The translations under genes and the position numbers were made by a program. Shown here in pieces: positions 19,704 through 28,114 of a stretch of 64,000 nt of DNA; position 1 is the stretch's first letter, and each line of letters begins with the position of its first letter. Source of the stretch: Flavobacteriales bacterium. Lineage in GTDB: Bacteria > Bacteroidota > Bacteroidia > Flavobacteriales > Schleiferiaceae. The stretch covers positions 2,316,897 through 2,380,896 of the forward strand of contig CP051243.1 of assembly GCA_017795025.1 (NCBI GenBank). The letters run 5' to 3'. The notes under the pieces were generated by a model that was given only the letters and a program-made list of their open reading frames with translations, did no database searches and was not told the DNA's origin.

Positions 19704-19888
19704 CCATCCCCTTCATGCGGCGAAGGGGTGGATTGCGACGCAAGTCGGAGGACGGTGTAGGGTTAACTTCCCAGTTTAGAAAAATTAAATGAGGATTGGG
19801 TTAAGATATCTTTCCCAGCCTTTAACGAACACTAGTGGGGACTACCCCGTTTCACAACCCACAAACCCTTGAAGGGGACGTCCCCCTA
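19704..19888 (-). repeat. Inverted REP doublet (REPIN-like), homologous to 43173-43387
   Basis: The reverse complement aligns by eye with 43173-43387, including the AT-rich spacer (GGCT(G/A)GGAAAGA(T/C)ATCTTAA(C/T)CCAATCCT...GGGAAGTTAA). Confidence 0.8.
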
Positions 19889-19938
19889 AGCTGATTTCGT
19901 AAGTCAAAAGGAAGTCTAAGAATCTATATCTTTGATTT

Positions 19939-20247
19939 ATGTTGGATTTATTTCAAGATAAGCGCGTCGAATTAGAGTCAATTTTTGCTGCCCATAAGGT
20001 AAAGCGCGCCGAAATCTTCGGCTCTGCAACAACTGATGCCTTTAGCGAGCGCAGCGACATCGACCTATTAATCACTTTTAAGGAGGATATCGCACTATTA
20101 GACTATGCTGATAATTACTTTCTTCTTAAGGAGAAACTTGAAAAACTATTAGATCGTAATATCGATCTCGTGTCTGCAAAGTCTCTAAGAAACCCTGTGC
20201 TTATTGAAAGCATTAATAAATCCAAAGTGAGCTTGTATGCAGCCTAG
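19939..20247 (+). CDS. Minimal nucleotidyltransferase (MNT/MntA-type antitoxin)
   Basis: IFGSA...SDIDLLI (GS-x-DxD) and IDLVS...LRNP; TATCTTTG -7 element at 19927-19934. Confidence 0.9.
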   Translation: MLDLFQDKRVELESIFAAHKVKRAEIFGSATTDAFSERSDIDLLITFKEDIALLDYADNYFLLKEKLEKLLDRNIDLVSAKSLRNPVLIESINKSKVSLYAA

Positions 20248-20314
20248 GATCAATAAATACACTCTAGATATTAAAGGGTATATTCCTTCTGTAGGTGAAT
20301 CTAGCGCTTCCTAA
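20237..20314 (+). pseudogene. Truncated remnant of the HEPN (DUF86/HepT) toxin gene
   Basis: The ATG overlaps the MNT 3' end as in mnt-hepT operons; MQPRINKYTLDI resembles DUF86 N-termini, then a stop comes after 25 codons. Confidence 0.45.
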
Positions 20315-20404
20315 ACCTATACTCTCATAGGAATTGGCGAAACCTTGGCCTTAATTACTTAATAAAGCCATAATTGCCGGGAAAAAACTAGAAGGGTTAT
20401 CCCG

Positions 20405-20730
20405 TAAATTCTTAAAGCCTCTTGCTTCGGCACACAAGATAAATATCTTTTTTTGTCAGTTGTTATCGTTCTTTTTAAGGGTTCTTTCCTTTCATTTTTT
20501 CTTGATAAAAAACGAAACAAAAAATCAAGGCTTGGAAGCTTCGCCTCTAAAATCTTCGTAGTCTCCTGCTTCGGTGGGCGAGCTCCTGATGTCGCTTCCC
20601 ATCTCAGCTAGTCGTCTACTTCCATTTTTTCGTCTACCCTTCCTAGGCCGTATCACCTCCTCACAGAATTTTGGACTTAAATTGAAACCTTTGGAATTCT
20701 AGTGCATCTATCGTGTATCGTACAATAACA
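20405..20730 (+). repeat. Short, uninterrupted form of the composite repeat, copy C
   Basis: CTTGATAAAAAACGAAACAAAAAATCAAGGCTTGGAAGCTTCGCCTC...CTCAGCTAGTCG...AAACCTTTGGAATTCTAGTGCATCTATCGTG shares both ends with copies A and B but lacks the inserts. Confidence 0.85.
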
Positions 20731-20816
20731 AATCAACCAATCTACCGATACACTAATACACCAATCTACTAATCCACCAGCACCATGCAGCAATCCAGAA
20801 TTCCCTAAATTACACC

Positions 20817-22907
20817 ATGCGAAAAATACTCTGTCTTTTCCTACTCTCCATTAGCCTTCAAGCGCAACCCATTAATGCGATAATTGGTGACACCGCTTGG
20901 TATGTTAGTAACGACGAATGGCCCTCAATGCAAGAACCGGAGCAGGAGCGTCTTCGTAATCACCTGAGCTACGTCTTGGAACGCCTAAGGAGAAAGAACC
21001 CTTCCCCATCCAAGGCCCGAAGTCAAAATCTGCAGCATCTAGCGCAGTACATCGCTCGGCAGGAGTTCCCGCAAACCTTCCAACACCCGGATGCCCGTCG
21101 GCCATGTTTTATTGATGACGAGGGTCGTTTATGCGCCGTGGGCTACCTCATTGCGCAGAGTGCCGGTTTGGCGGAAGCGGAGCGCATCAATCAAAAATTT
21201 CGGTTTCATTACTTGCTGGATATGCAAGACTCGGCCCTCCTGGCTTGGCAGCAAAGTAGTGGCCTAAGTCTTCGCGAACTAGCAATGATTCAGCCCGCCT
21301 ATGGCTGGGAACGCATGGACCTCTTTTACGTCTACCAAAACCCACGTACCCAGAAGTATGGTTTAAAGAAAACTAAGAATAATCGCGTGGCCGTGCGAGC
21401 CCGTTACGACCTTTTTCGCTACGACCCATCCCTACCCTTTATGTTTGCCCGTAAAGGGGATGTTTGGCACATCTTTGATCAGGAAGCGGATCGGATTAAC
21501 TCCAAAGACTACGACACGGTAAGCTTTGTGCGTCATGGTACAAGCTACCGCCTAATTGCTGCCGATGGAGAAAGTATTGAAGCCTATAATGCCGCCGGGG
21601 AGCTGCTTTGGGAAGTAGAAGGCAAGATTCAATTGCTCAGCGTTTTTCGTCAAGATCAAATTAAGGTCGGCACCGAAAAAGGACGTGGGGCTCTTAATTC
21701 CCGGGGCGACTTCGTTATTCCCGCCATTTACGACAGCTTGATCGGGGTAGCCAACCTCGATTACCGCTTGGCGGCCTGGCAAGTACTGGGTATGAGTAAA
21801 CAACATAATCGCAAGAAATGGGGGATTATCGACACCGCCGGCAAGATGATTATAAAGCCCGCTTATGATAAAATCGAATACCGGCGCGGGGTCTATATCG
21901 CTCAAGATGGGCGCCATCGGGAAATCATCGACCATCAGGGCAACAGCGTTGTGGGCTGGGGCTTACAGAGCTTGCAAGATGGTTTATGTCGTTATTGCTT
22001 GATCATCGAAACTGAAAAGGGATTTGGTCACTTTAACGGAGCAGCCAGAGCTTGGGATCATGAGGGACTCTATACCGAAATGCGGGTGGAAGATCGCGAG
22101 TACTACCGTATTCGTACGAACAAGGGCTATGGTTTTATGAATGTGATTGGTCAGACCATTATTGCGCCGGAATATGAAGCCGTCCGCATTCAAAAGCAAT
22201 TCATCTTCGTTAAAAAGCAAGGCAAATGGGGCTTAAGAGGCTACCGGGGCGATAGTTTAATTCCCCCCATTTACGATACCATCGGGGTTTTGGCGGAAGA
22301 TCAAAATACCAGTAAGCCTTCAACATTACTCTTTGCCCGGCAGGGGTCCAAGTTTAAAGTATTCGCGCCTAATGGCCTGGACATCAGTGCCCAGTACCAA
22401 TGGGAAGACTTTGAAAGAATCAGTCCCAATATCATTCAGCTTATTAAGGGCGACCGTAAGGTGCTGGCCCAGTATCATCAAGGGCAGCTGGTTTACCATC
22501 AGTTTATTGAAATCGATTACGCCCGACCCTTGGGTTCCTGGAAAATGGCCTACGGTATAAATGGTAAAGAAGGCATTTGGAATCTCGCCTACGGACAGGC
22601 ACTGCAAAAACATCATTTTAGAGCCGCTCAATTTGACACCATCGCCCCCGCCGAAAGTCAGTATCACGATAAGTATCTGGTGCAAAAAGACGGGAAATGG
22701 GGCATTTACAGTTACAAAGCTGACTCCCTGGAAATCCCTTGTGAGCATGAGGCCTATTTCCCTAAAGACCGGAATACCCACTCTGGTTGGATTTACTTCC
22801 GTAAGGATGGGATTTGGCAGGGCTATTTTTATACCGTACCCAAGCTCCAAGCTGTTATGCCCCGCACCCAGGCTAAGATGGATGAGTGGTGGGCGGAGGA
22901 GAAATGA
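20817..22907 (+). CDS. Secreted WG-repeat protein with an uncharacterised N-terminal domain
   Basis: Signal peptide; repeated KWG(I/L)ID...IIxPxYD units; N-terminal RPCFIDDEGRLCAVGYLI domain. Confidence 0.75.
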   Translation: MRKILCLFLLSISLQAQPINAIIGDTAWYVSNDEWPSMQEPEQERLRNHLSYVLERLRRKNPSPSKARSQNLQHLAQYIARQEFPQTFQHPDARRPCFIDDEGRLCAVGYLIAQSAGLAEAERINQKFRFHYLLDMQDSALLAWQQSSGLSLRELAMIQPAYGWERMDLFYVYQNPRTQKYGLKKTKNNRVAVRARYDLFRYDPSLPFMFARKGDVWHIFDQEADRINSKDYDTVSFVRHGTSYRLIAADGESIEAYNAAGELLWEVEGKIQLLSVFRQDQIKVGTEKGRGALNSRGDFVIPAIYDSLIGVANLDYRLAAWQVLGMSKQHNRKKWGIIDTAGKMIIKPAYDKIEYRRGVYIAQDGRHREIIDHQGNSVVGWGLQSLQDGLCRYCLIIETEKGFGHFNGAARAWDHEGLYTEMRVEDREYYRIRTNKGYGFMNVIGQTIIAPEYEAVRIQKQFIFVKKQGKWGLRGYRGDSLIPPIYDTIGVLAEDQNTSKPSTLLFARQGSKFKVFAPNGLDISAQYQWEDFERISPNIIQLIKGDRKVLAQYHQGQLVYHQFIEIDYARPLGSWKMAYGINGKEGIWNLAYGQALQKHHFRAAQFDTIAPAESQYHDKYLVQKDGKWGIYSYKADSLEIPCEHEAYFPKDRNTHSGWIYFRKDGIWQGYFYTVPKLQAVMPRTQAKMDEWWAEEK

Positions 22908-22909
22908 AG

Positions 22910-23455
22910 TGCCTGCGGCTTCGCCTTCGGCAGAAGTGAGATTTGAGATTTGAGATCGGTCGCGGGGCTCCCTGTGAGACTCTATTATCCTTGGTACTAT
23001 TATCCTTCTTTCAATGGATAATATCATGTTGCGGAGACAGTCCCCTTCGCGGGGCGAAGGGGTGGTTTGGCCTTCAAGGCCAAAGCGGGGTAGTTTTAAC
23101 ATGTTAAATTCGAAGAACAATGTTATCGTTCGAATTTGGTAACCTGATTTCTGACTCCTCAACAACTCTTTCCTTTCATTTTTTCTTGATAAAAAACGAA
23201 ACAAAAAATCAATTGAGCTGGAAGGCAATTACTCTAAGGCTCGATGCCTTAGAGTACCACAGAGTCTCAGGCCAGACCAGCCTGAGGAAATTCTTGATTT
23301 AAGTTGTTTTATCTCGACCTCTTAAGAGTTAGGTTCTTGATACTGCCTTTCGACCTGTTATTGCTGCCCAGCTCAAGGGTCCTCCGAACTTAGCATTCTG
23401 TATTCAGATGAAAACCTTTGGAAATCTAGTGCATCTATCGTGTATTGTTCAATTA
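22910..23455 (+). repeat. Composite palindromic repeat, copy D
   Basis: Starts GCCTGCGGC...AGAAGTGAGATTTGAGATTTGAGATCGGTCGC, contains a REP and CTTGATAAAAAACGAAACAAAAAATCAA, ends AAAACCTTTGGAAATCTAGTGCATCTATCGTG. Confidence 0.85.
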
Positions 23456-23475
23456 CTGGTTAACCATTCAACTAA

Positions 23476-23524
23476 TTCACCAATCCACCAATCCACCAAT
23501 TCACCAATCCACCAATTCACCAAT
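23476..23524 (+). repeat. Octamer tandem repeat (CACCAAT[C/T])n
   Basis: About six consecutive copies; degenerate versions at ~16425-16470, 18250-18305, 19660-19690, 20735-20780, 24165-24210 and 43040-43075. Confidence 0.85.
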
Positions 23525-23527
23525 GCC

Positions 23528-23551
23528 AAAAAAAAGAGGCCCTCAGGCCTC
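23528..23551 (-). terminator. Intrinsic terminator for the SRPBCC gene
   Basis: GAGGCC/GGCCTC stem with an 8-A run on the + strand (U-tract on -). Confidence 0.7.
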
Positions 23552-23574
23552 TCTCAATTAAATATGTACAGGAA

Positions 23575-24111
23575 CTACTTCTCCACGATGTCTTTCAACA
23601 TCCCCAAGCCCTCTTGGAAGGAAGGACCCATGGCCTCTTCGGCGGTCATGAAGAGGTTGATGAGGTTCATCGGGTAATCGAATTCGCTTTCCATACGCCA
23701 GGTCACCTTGGTGCCCGAACCGGATTCTTCCAATTTAATAATGGCCATTCCGGTTGATTCCTGCGGACGGCTAAAATCCAATCGGGTTTCTAGCAAGTAA
23801 GGTGCGCCTACTTTGGTAATGGTTTGACAACCGGCCCCTACTTCGGGGTGCTGACTGTCCCAACAATTTTTAGCGCCCACCGTTCCGGGAGCCCCTTCAA
23901 AGGTTTGCTCCAATTCAGGATCCTTCTTGGTCCAAGGACTCCAGGCGTCCATTTTCTTTAGAGTATTGGTTTCATTCCATACCTGCGTAACCGGCGCATT
24001 AATCACCAAGCTCTCTTCGTGCGAGAAATCTTTGTCTACAAACAAGGCAGTAACCAATGGAATACCAATCAGAATCACCAGAATGATAAGGATAATTTTT
24101 AGTGCTTTCAT
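23575..24111 (-). CDS. SRPBCC (polyketide cyclase/START-like) family protein
   Basis: N-terminal TM, INAP..QVW, W.PW...DP, G.VGA...W, GTKVTW. Confidence 0.85.
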   Translation of the reverse strand: MKALKIILIILVILIGIPLVTALFVDKDFSHEESLVINAPVTQVWNETNTLKKMDAWSPWTKKDPELEQTFEGAPGTVGAKNCWDSQHPEVGAGCQTITKVGAPYLLETRLDFSRPQESTGMAIIKLEESGSGTKVTWRMESEFDYPMNLINLFMTAEEAMGPSFQEGLGMLKDIVEK

Positions 24112-24283
24112 GTTTTAGAAATTAGTTGATGAGGAAAGCAATTTAGGGAATTTTTGGATTGGGGGATTGGTGGTTTGGGAAAATGGAAATTGGTGGAGTG
24201 GTGGAGTGGTGAGGTTACAGGAACCTAAGCAAGCAATAGTCAAGAAAAGAATATCCTTGTTATATTTGAGGAAAGCCCCCTGA

Positions 24284-25252
24284 ATGAATCTTTTTGAATA
24301 TCTGCAAGAGCGGATGTCCATGTCCCATATCTACCAACCGGTGATGATTCGCACTTTGCTGCGGAAAGGTGGTCGTGCCCATAAAGACGAAATCGCCCAA
24401 GAGATTCTTTCTTACGACCGCTCGCAAATCGAATATTACGCTATTCGGGTTAATAATATGGTCGGTAGGGTTTTGCGAAAAAATAAAGTGGTGCTAAAGG
24501 AAAAGGATGACTATCAACTCCTTGACTTTAATCGCTACTCGGCCGAAGAACTTACCGAGCTAGAACGCTTATGCACGGAGAAAATATCATCTTTCTTGGC
24601 AAAGCGAGATTCCATTTTTGAGCATCGCAATCACAGTCGTAAAGCCATTTCGGGTAGTATTCGTTATGACGTTTTAAAGCGCGCTAAAAACCGCTGTGAG
24701 CTCTGCGGGATTCCAGCCGAACAACGCGCCCTAGAAGTCGACCATATTGTTCCTAAAAGTTTAGGTGGTGAAGATGCGATACATAACTACCAGGCCCTTT
24801 GCTATAAGTGCAATGCCAATAAAGGGAACCGCGATCAAACCGATTTTAGAGCGATAGGCAAGCGCTATGAATTACGCCAAGAAAACTGCCTGTTCTGTAA
24901 GCAAGAAAGCTTTAGCCCCATCGCGGAAAACAATTTAGCCTTTGCCATTTACGATGCCTATCCCGTTAGTGAGGGGCACTGCCTCATTATTCCCAAAAGG
25001 CATTCCAAAGATTGGTTTGAATTAGACCAAGCTGAGCTGAATGCCCTAAACGACCTCAGCCAAAAAATGAGGACTAAACTTTTAGAAAAAGACCGGAGCA
25101 TTAGCGGTTTCAATATTGGCGCTAATGCCGGCGAAAGCGCTGGACAAACCATTTTTCATACGCATGTACACCTTATCCCCAGAAGAGATGGAGATGTGGA
25201 GAACCCGAGAGGTGGGGTGAGGCATAGTGTGATGGGGAGGGGATTTTATTAA
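24284..25252 (+). CDS. HNH endonuclease-HIT hydrolase fusion protein
   Basis: HNH: RCELCG...EVDHIVPKSLGG.D..HNYQALCYKCN; HIT: CLFC...GHCLIIPKRH...HTHVHLIPR; TATATTTG promoter element at 24261-24268. Confidence 0.9.
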   Translation: MNLFEYLQERMSMSHIYQPVMIRTLLRKGGRAHKDEIAQEILSYDRSQIEYYAIRVNNMVGRVLRKNKVVLKEKDDYQLLDFNRYSAEELTELERLCTEKISSFLAKRDSIFEHRNHSRKAISGSIRYDVLKRAKNRCELCGIPAEQRALEVDHIVPKSLGGEDAIHNYQALCYKCNANKGNRDQTDFRAIGKRYELRQENCLFCKQESFSPIAENNLAFAIYDAYPVSEGHCLIIPKRHSKDWFELDQAELNALNDLSQKMRTKLLEKDRSISGFNIGANAGESAGQTIFHTHVHLIPRRDGDVENPRGGVRHSVMGRGFY

Positions 25253-25305
25253 GTATTTGATTATATTTTTGAGTTGGCACCAATATAAAAGCAAGAACTG
25301 AATAG

Positions 25306-26154
25306 ATGAGCATATTCTTTGGATTTAGTGACGAATGCGGTACCTATAAAAAAGATAAGGGCAAAAAGCATTTAAAGGTACATCCTCATTATATCCGCAG
25401 TACCCTATTAATCAAAGCAGAAGAATGGAAACTTTTAAAAAAGGAGTTTAACTTACTAAAGGATAAGTTCGGATTACCAATTGAAAGAGAAATAAAGTGG
25501 GCTTATCTGTGGTCTTTAAGAAATTATCAAAAGAACGGACAAAAAATTCCTAAAAAGAAGGACTTCAAATTTTTAGAGAATTATGACTATCACGAACTAA
25601 TCGATTTTGTTGAGCAATGTTTAAGTCTTTTACATCAAATAGATTACACAAAAATTATTATCACCCACACGGACAATACAAGTTGCCCAAGAATAGACGA
25701 TAAGAATATTCTAAAAATGCATCTTCAAGAACATATGCAGAGAGTTGAGATGCAAATTCAAACTCGGACTAAGGAAAACTTAGCTGTTCTATTTTTTGAC
25801 CCTGTAAGCGAAAGTACTGACAAACACTTAAGAGATATATACTTCGAACTATTCAATTCTGGTGATTTCATAGACTCATATAAACACATCAAAGACAGTT
25901 TGAATATTGAACACTCTCATCAAAGTGTTGGAATTCAAATTGCAGATTATGTATCTGGAACTTTTTCAGCAATTTTAAAGGGACAAGGAAATTCGAACTA
26001 TGATCGGGGAAAGAGAATGTTCTATGATCATGTTCATCCATATTTAAGGAAATACAACGGAACTATTTGGGGTGTTGGAATAAGAGAAGTTCCATCTGAT
26101 ATGACTTACAGAAGAAAACTAGCAACAGAAATGAATAAGGAACTAAACAAATAA
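25306..26154 (+). CDS. DUF3800-family (RNase H-like fold) protein, carried as a putative gene cassette
   Basis: FSDECG N-terminal motif and GIQIADYVSG (QxAD) motif; visibly AT-rich. Confidence 0.75.
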   Translation: MSIFFGFSDECGTYKKDKGKKHLKVHPHYIRSTLLIKAEEWKLLKKEFNLLKDKFGLPIEREIKWAYLWSLRNYQKNGQKIPKKKDFKFLENYDYHELIDFVEQCLSLLHQIDYTKIIITHTDNTSCPRIDDKNILKMHLQEHMQRVEMQIQTRTKENLAVLFFDPVSESTDKHLRDIYFELFNSGDFIDSYKHIKDSLNIEHSHQSVGIQIADYVSGTFSAILKGQGNSNYDRGKRMFYDHVHPYLRKYNGTIWGVGIREVPSDMTYRRKLATEMNKELNK

Positions 26155-26159
26155 AATAC

Positions 26160-26294
26160 TGGTGCGAACATCGGTTATAGCAAATGCGGGCTTTGTGCTT
26201 AAAAATGAAGAAATTACAACTAAATAAAGTTACGGTAGGCAGACAAGAATGCGGTTTCAAAACCCCGCACTTGCCACAGCTAGGGCCGTTGTGG
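26160..26294 (+). mobile_element. attC-like cassette recombination site (~135 bp imperfect hairpin)
   Basis: TGGTGCGAAC 5 bp after the stop; inner arms GTTATAGCAAATGCGGG / CCCGCACTTGCCACAGC; ends CCGTTGTGG just before the next gene. Confidence 0.6.
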
Positions 26295-26314
26295 TTAAGA
26301 ATAAATAAAAAAAT

Positions 26315-27385
26315 ATGGCAGAAAATAATGACATTGAAATTGAAGAAGTAATTGAAGAAGGCGAAGTATATCAAACCTTTGACATAGCAACGTATCCATC
26401 TGACTTTACCTTAAAAGGTATAGTTGAAATGTGGAATAGTAATGATATTACAATTCCAGATTTTCAAAGGGAATTTGTTTGGTCAATAAAACAAGCATCT
26501 CTTCTGATAGAATCTTTTTTATTGGGTCTACCAGTCCCTCCGGTTTTCTTTTATATAGATGAGGAAAACTCAAATCTTGTTATTGACGGTCAACAAAGAA
26601 TTTTAAGTACTGTCTATTTCTTCAATGGATACTTTGGGGGAGAAAGTAAAAAAGGTAGAAAACAGGTATTTAGATTAACCGGACTAAATGAACAAAGTCC
26701 ATATTTTAAGAAAGCGTATGAAGATTTGAGTGACTCAGATAGACGAAAACTTGACACCTCAGTTCTGAGAGCAATAAACATTCGACAATTATCACCAACT
26801 GGTGAAAGCACTAGTATGTATCACATTTTTGAAAGATTGAATACAGGTGGTACACCGTTAAAGTCTCAGGAGATTAGAAACGTAGTATTTAGGGGTGAGT
26901 TTGTGAATGTCCTTCGAGAACTAAACAGAGATGAAAATTGGAGGACTGTTCTTGGTGCAAAAAATGTTAATAAACACCAGACAGATGTCGAACTTATTCT
27001 TAGACTTTTTGCTCTTCATACAAGACTTTCAGAATATGAAAAACCAATGAAAGAATTCTTAAATCTTTCAATGAAAAAAAATCAAACAGGTGACACCAAA
27101 GCTGTTAGAGATTTTTCAGAAAAGTTTCTTGCAGCCTGCAAGATAATTGTTTTACAAATAGGAGAAAAGCCATTTCATATACGAACCAGATTAAGTTCCT
27201 CAACCCTTGATGCGGTCCTTGTAAATCTAATGCAGAATTTAAACAAAATTCCAACTGATTTTGCAGAAAGGTACAATCAAATGATTAAGTCCAATGAGCT
27301 TGAGGAGCTTACAACCATCGGAACAACCGACCCAACAACAGTAAGGAACAGATTCAAATTTGTTAAACAAAACTTATTCGGATAG
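26315..27385 (+). CDS. DUF262 (ParB/Srx-like, GmrSD N-terminal) domain protein
   Basis: IPDFQREFVW, SFLLGLPVPP, VIDGQQR and IFERLNTGG motifs. Confidence 0.9.
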   Translation: MAENNDIEIEEVIEEGEVYQTFDIATYPSDFTLKGIVEMWNSNDITIPDFQREFVWSIKQASLLIESFLLGLPVPPVFFYIDEENSNLVIDGQQRILSTVYFFNGYFGGESKKGRKQVFRLTGLNEQSPYFKKAYEDLSDSDRRKLDTSVLRAINIRQLSPTGESTSMYHIFERLNTGGTPLKSQEIRNVVFRGEFVNVLRELNRDENWRTVLGAKNVNKHQTDVELILRLFALHTRLSEYEKPMKEFLNLSMKKNQTGDTKAVRDFSEKFLAACKIIVLQIGEKPFHIRTRLSSSTLDAVLVNLMQNLNKIPTDFAERYNQMIKSNELEELTTIGTTDPTTVRNRFKFVKQNLFG

Positions 27386-27892
27386 ATGGCTTATAGTACG
27401 CATTTTACTATAGCTGACGACATGATAACACATTTGAATTCAATAGTCGGTGGAACTACTGATCCATTCATGAGTTCTAGATATGTTGGCTTTGTCTCGG
27501 TCAGTGCTGTAACTGTATATGAGTTAGCTTTAAAAGAAATTTTTGTTGAGTTTGCAAAGAAAAAACATAACGTATTTGGCACTTATACAAAAAGCCATTT
27601 TGATAGGATTAACGGAAGAATAAAAACTAGCCAAATAAAAGAAGACTATGTAAAAAAATTCGGGAATAAATACTTAAGGCGCTACCAAAAAAAAATGCAA
27701 GAGGCAGAGCGTCATTTTCTCCGAACACACGGTAAAAGCGTACTCTCTGCATACAATAACCTTATTACGTGGCGCAATGACTTTGCTCATGAAGGACATA
27801 TCCCAAGCACAGTTACTTTTAATGAAGTTGTCACTTCATATACTTTAGGAAAAGAGGTTATTAGATGTGTCGCAGAAACAATGAAAAGATAG
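27386..27892 (+). CDS. HEPN-domain putative RNase (RiboL-PSP/MAE_28990-like)
   Basis: WRNDFAHEG = Rx4H HEPN catalytic motif; abuts the DUF262 stop codon (TAG-ATG). Confidence 0.8.
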   Translation: MAYSTHFTIADDMITHLNSIVGGTTDPFMSSRYVGFVSVSAVTVYELALKEIFVEFAKKKHNVFGTYTKSHFDRINGRIKTSQIKEDYVKKFGNKYLRRYQKKMQEAERHFLRTHGKSVLSAYNNLITWRNDFAHEGHIPSTVTFNEVVTSYTLGKEVIRCVAETMKR

Positions 27893-28114
27893 AACTACCA
27901 ACAAGAACATCTATACACGATAACTTTTGGGGAATTGACCATAGTTACACCGCCGTGTAGTATACTGAATAAGCTGATCAGACTATTAAAGCAAAAGGTA
28001 TTGAAAATACCCAAATACATCTTAGAAAAACAATGAGAGCTACATTGTTCTATATCTGACATATTAAAAAACGCAATACTTAACTGCTGAATAAATAACT
28101 AAATCAAAAAATTC

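Noticed and set aside
22326-23228. 300-aa minus-strand ORF
   Set aside because: It starts within repeat copy D and runs antisense to the WG-repeat gene, with no recognisable motif; most likely a shadow ORF.
24112-24283. Direct repeats or att sites bounding the defence island (compared with 32811-32885)
   Set aside because: I could not see a shared sequence at the two edges, and no tRNA or integrase is adjacent.
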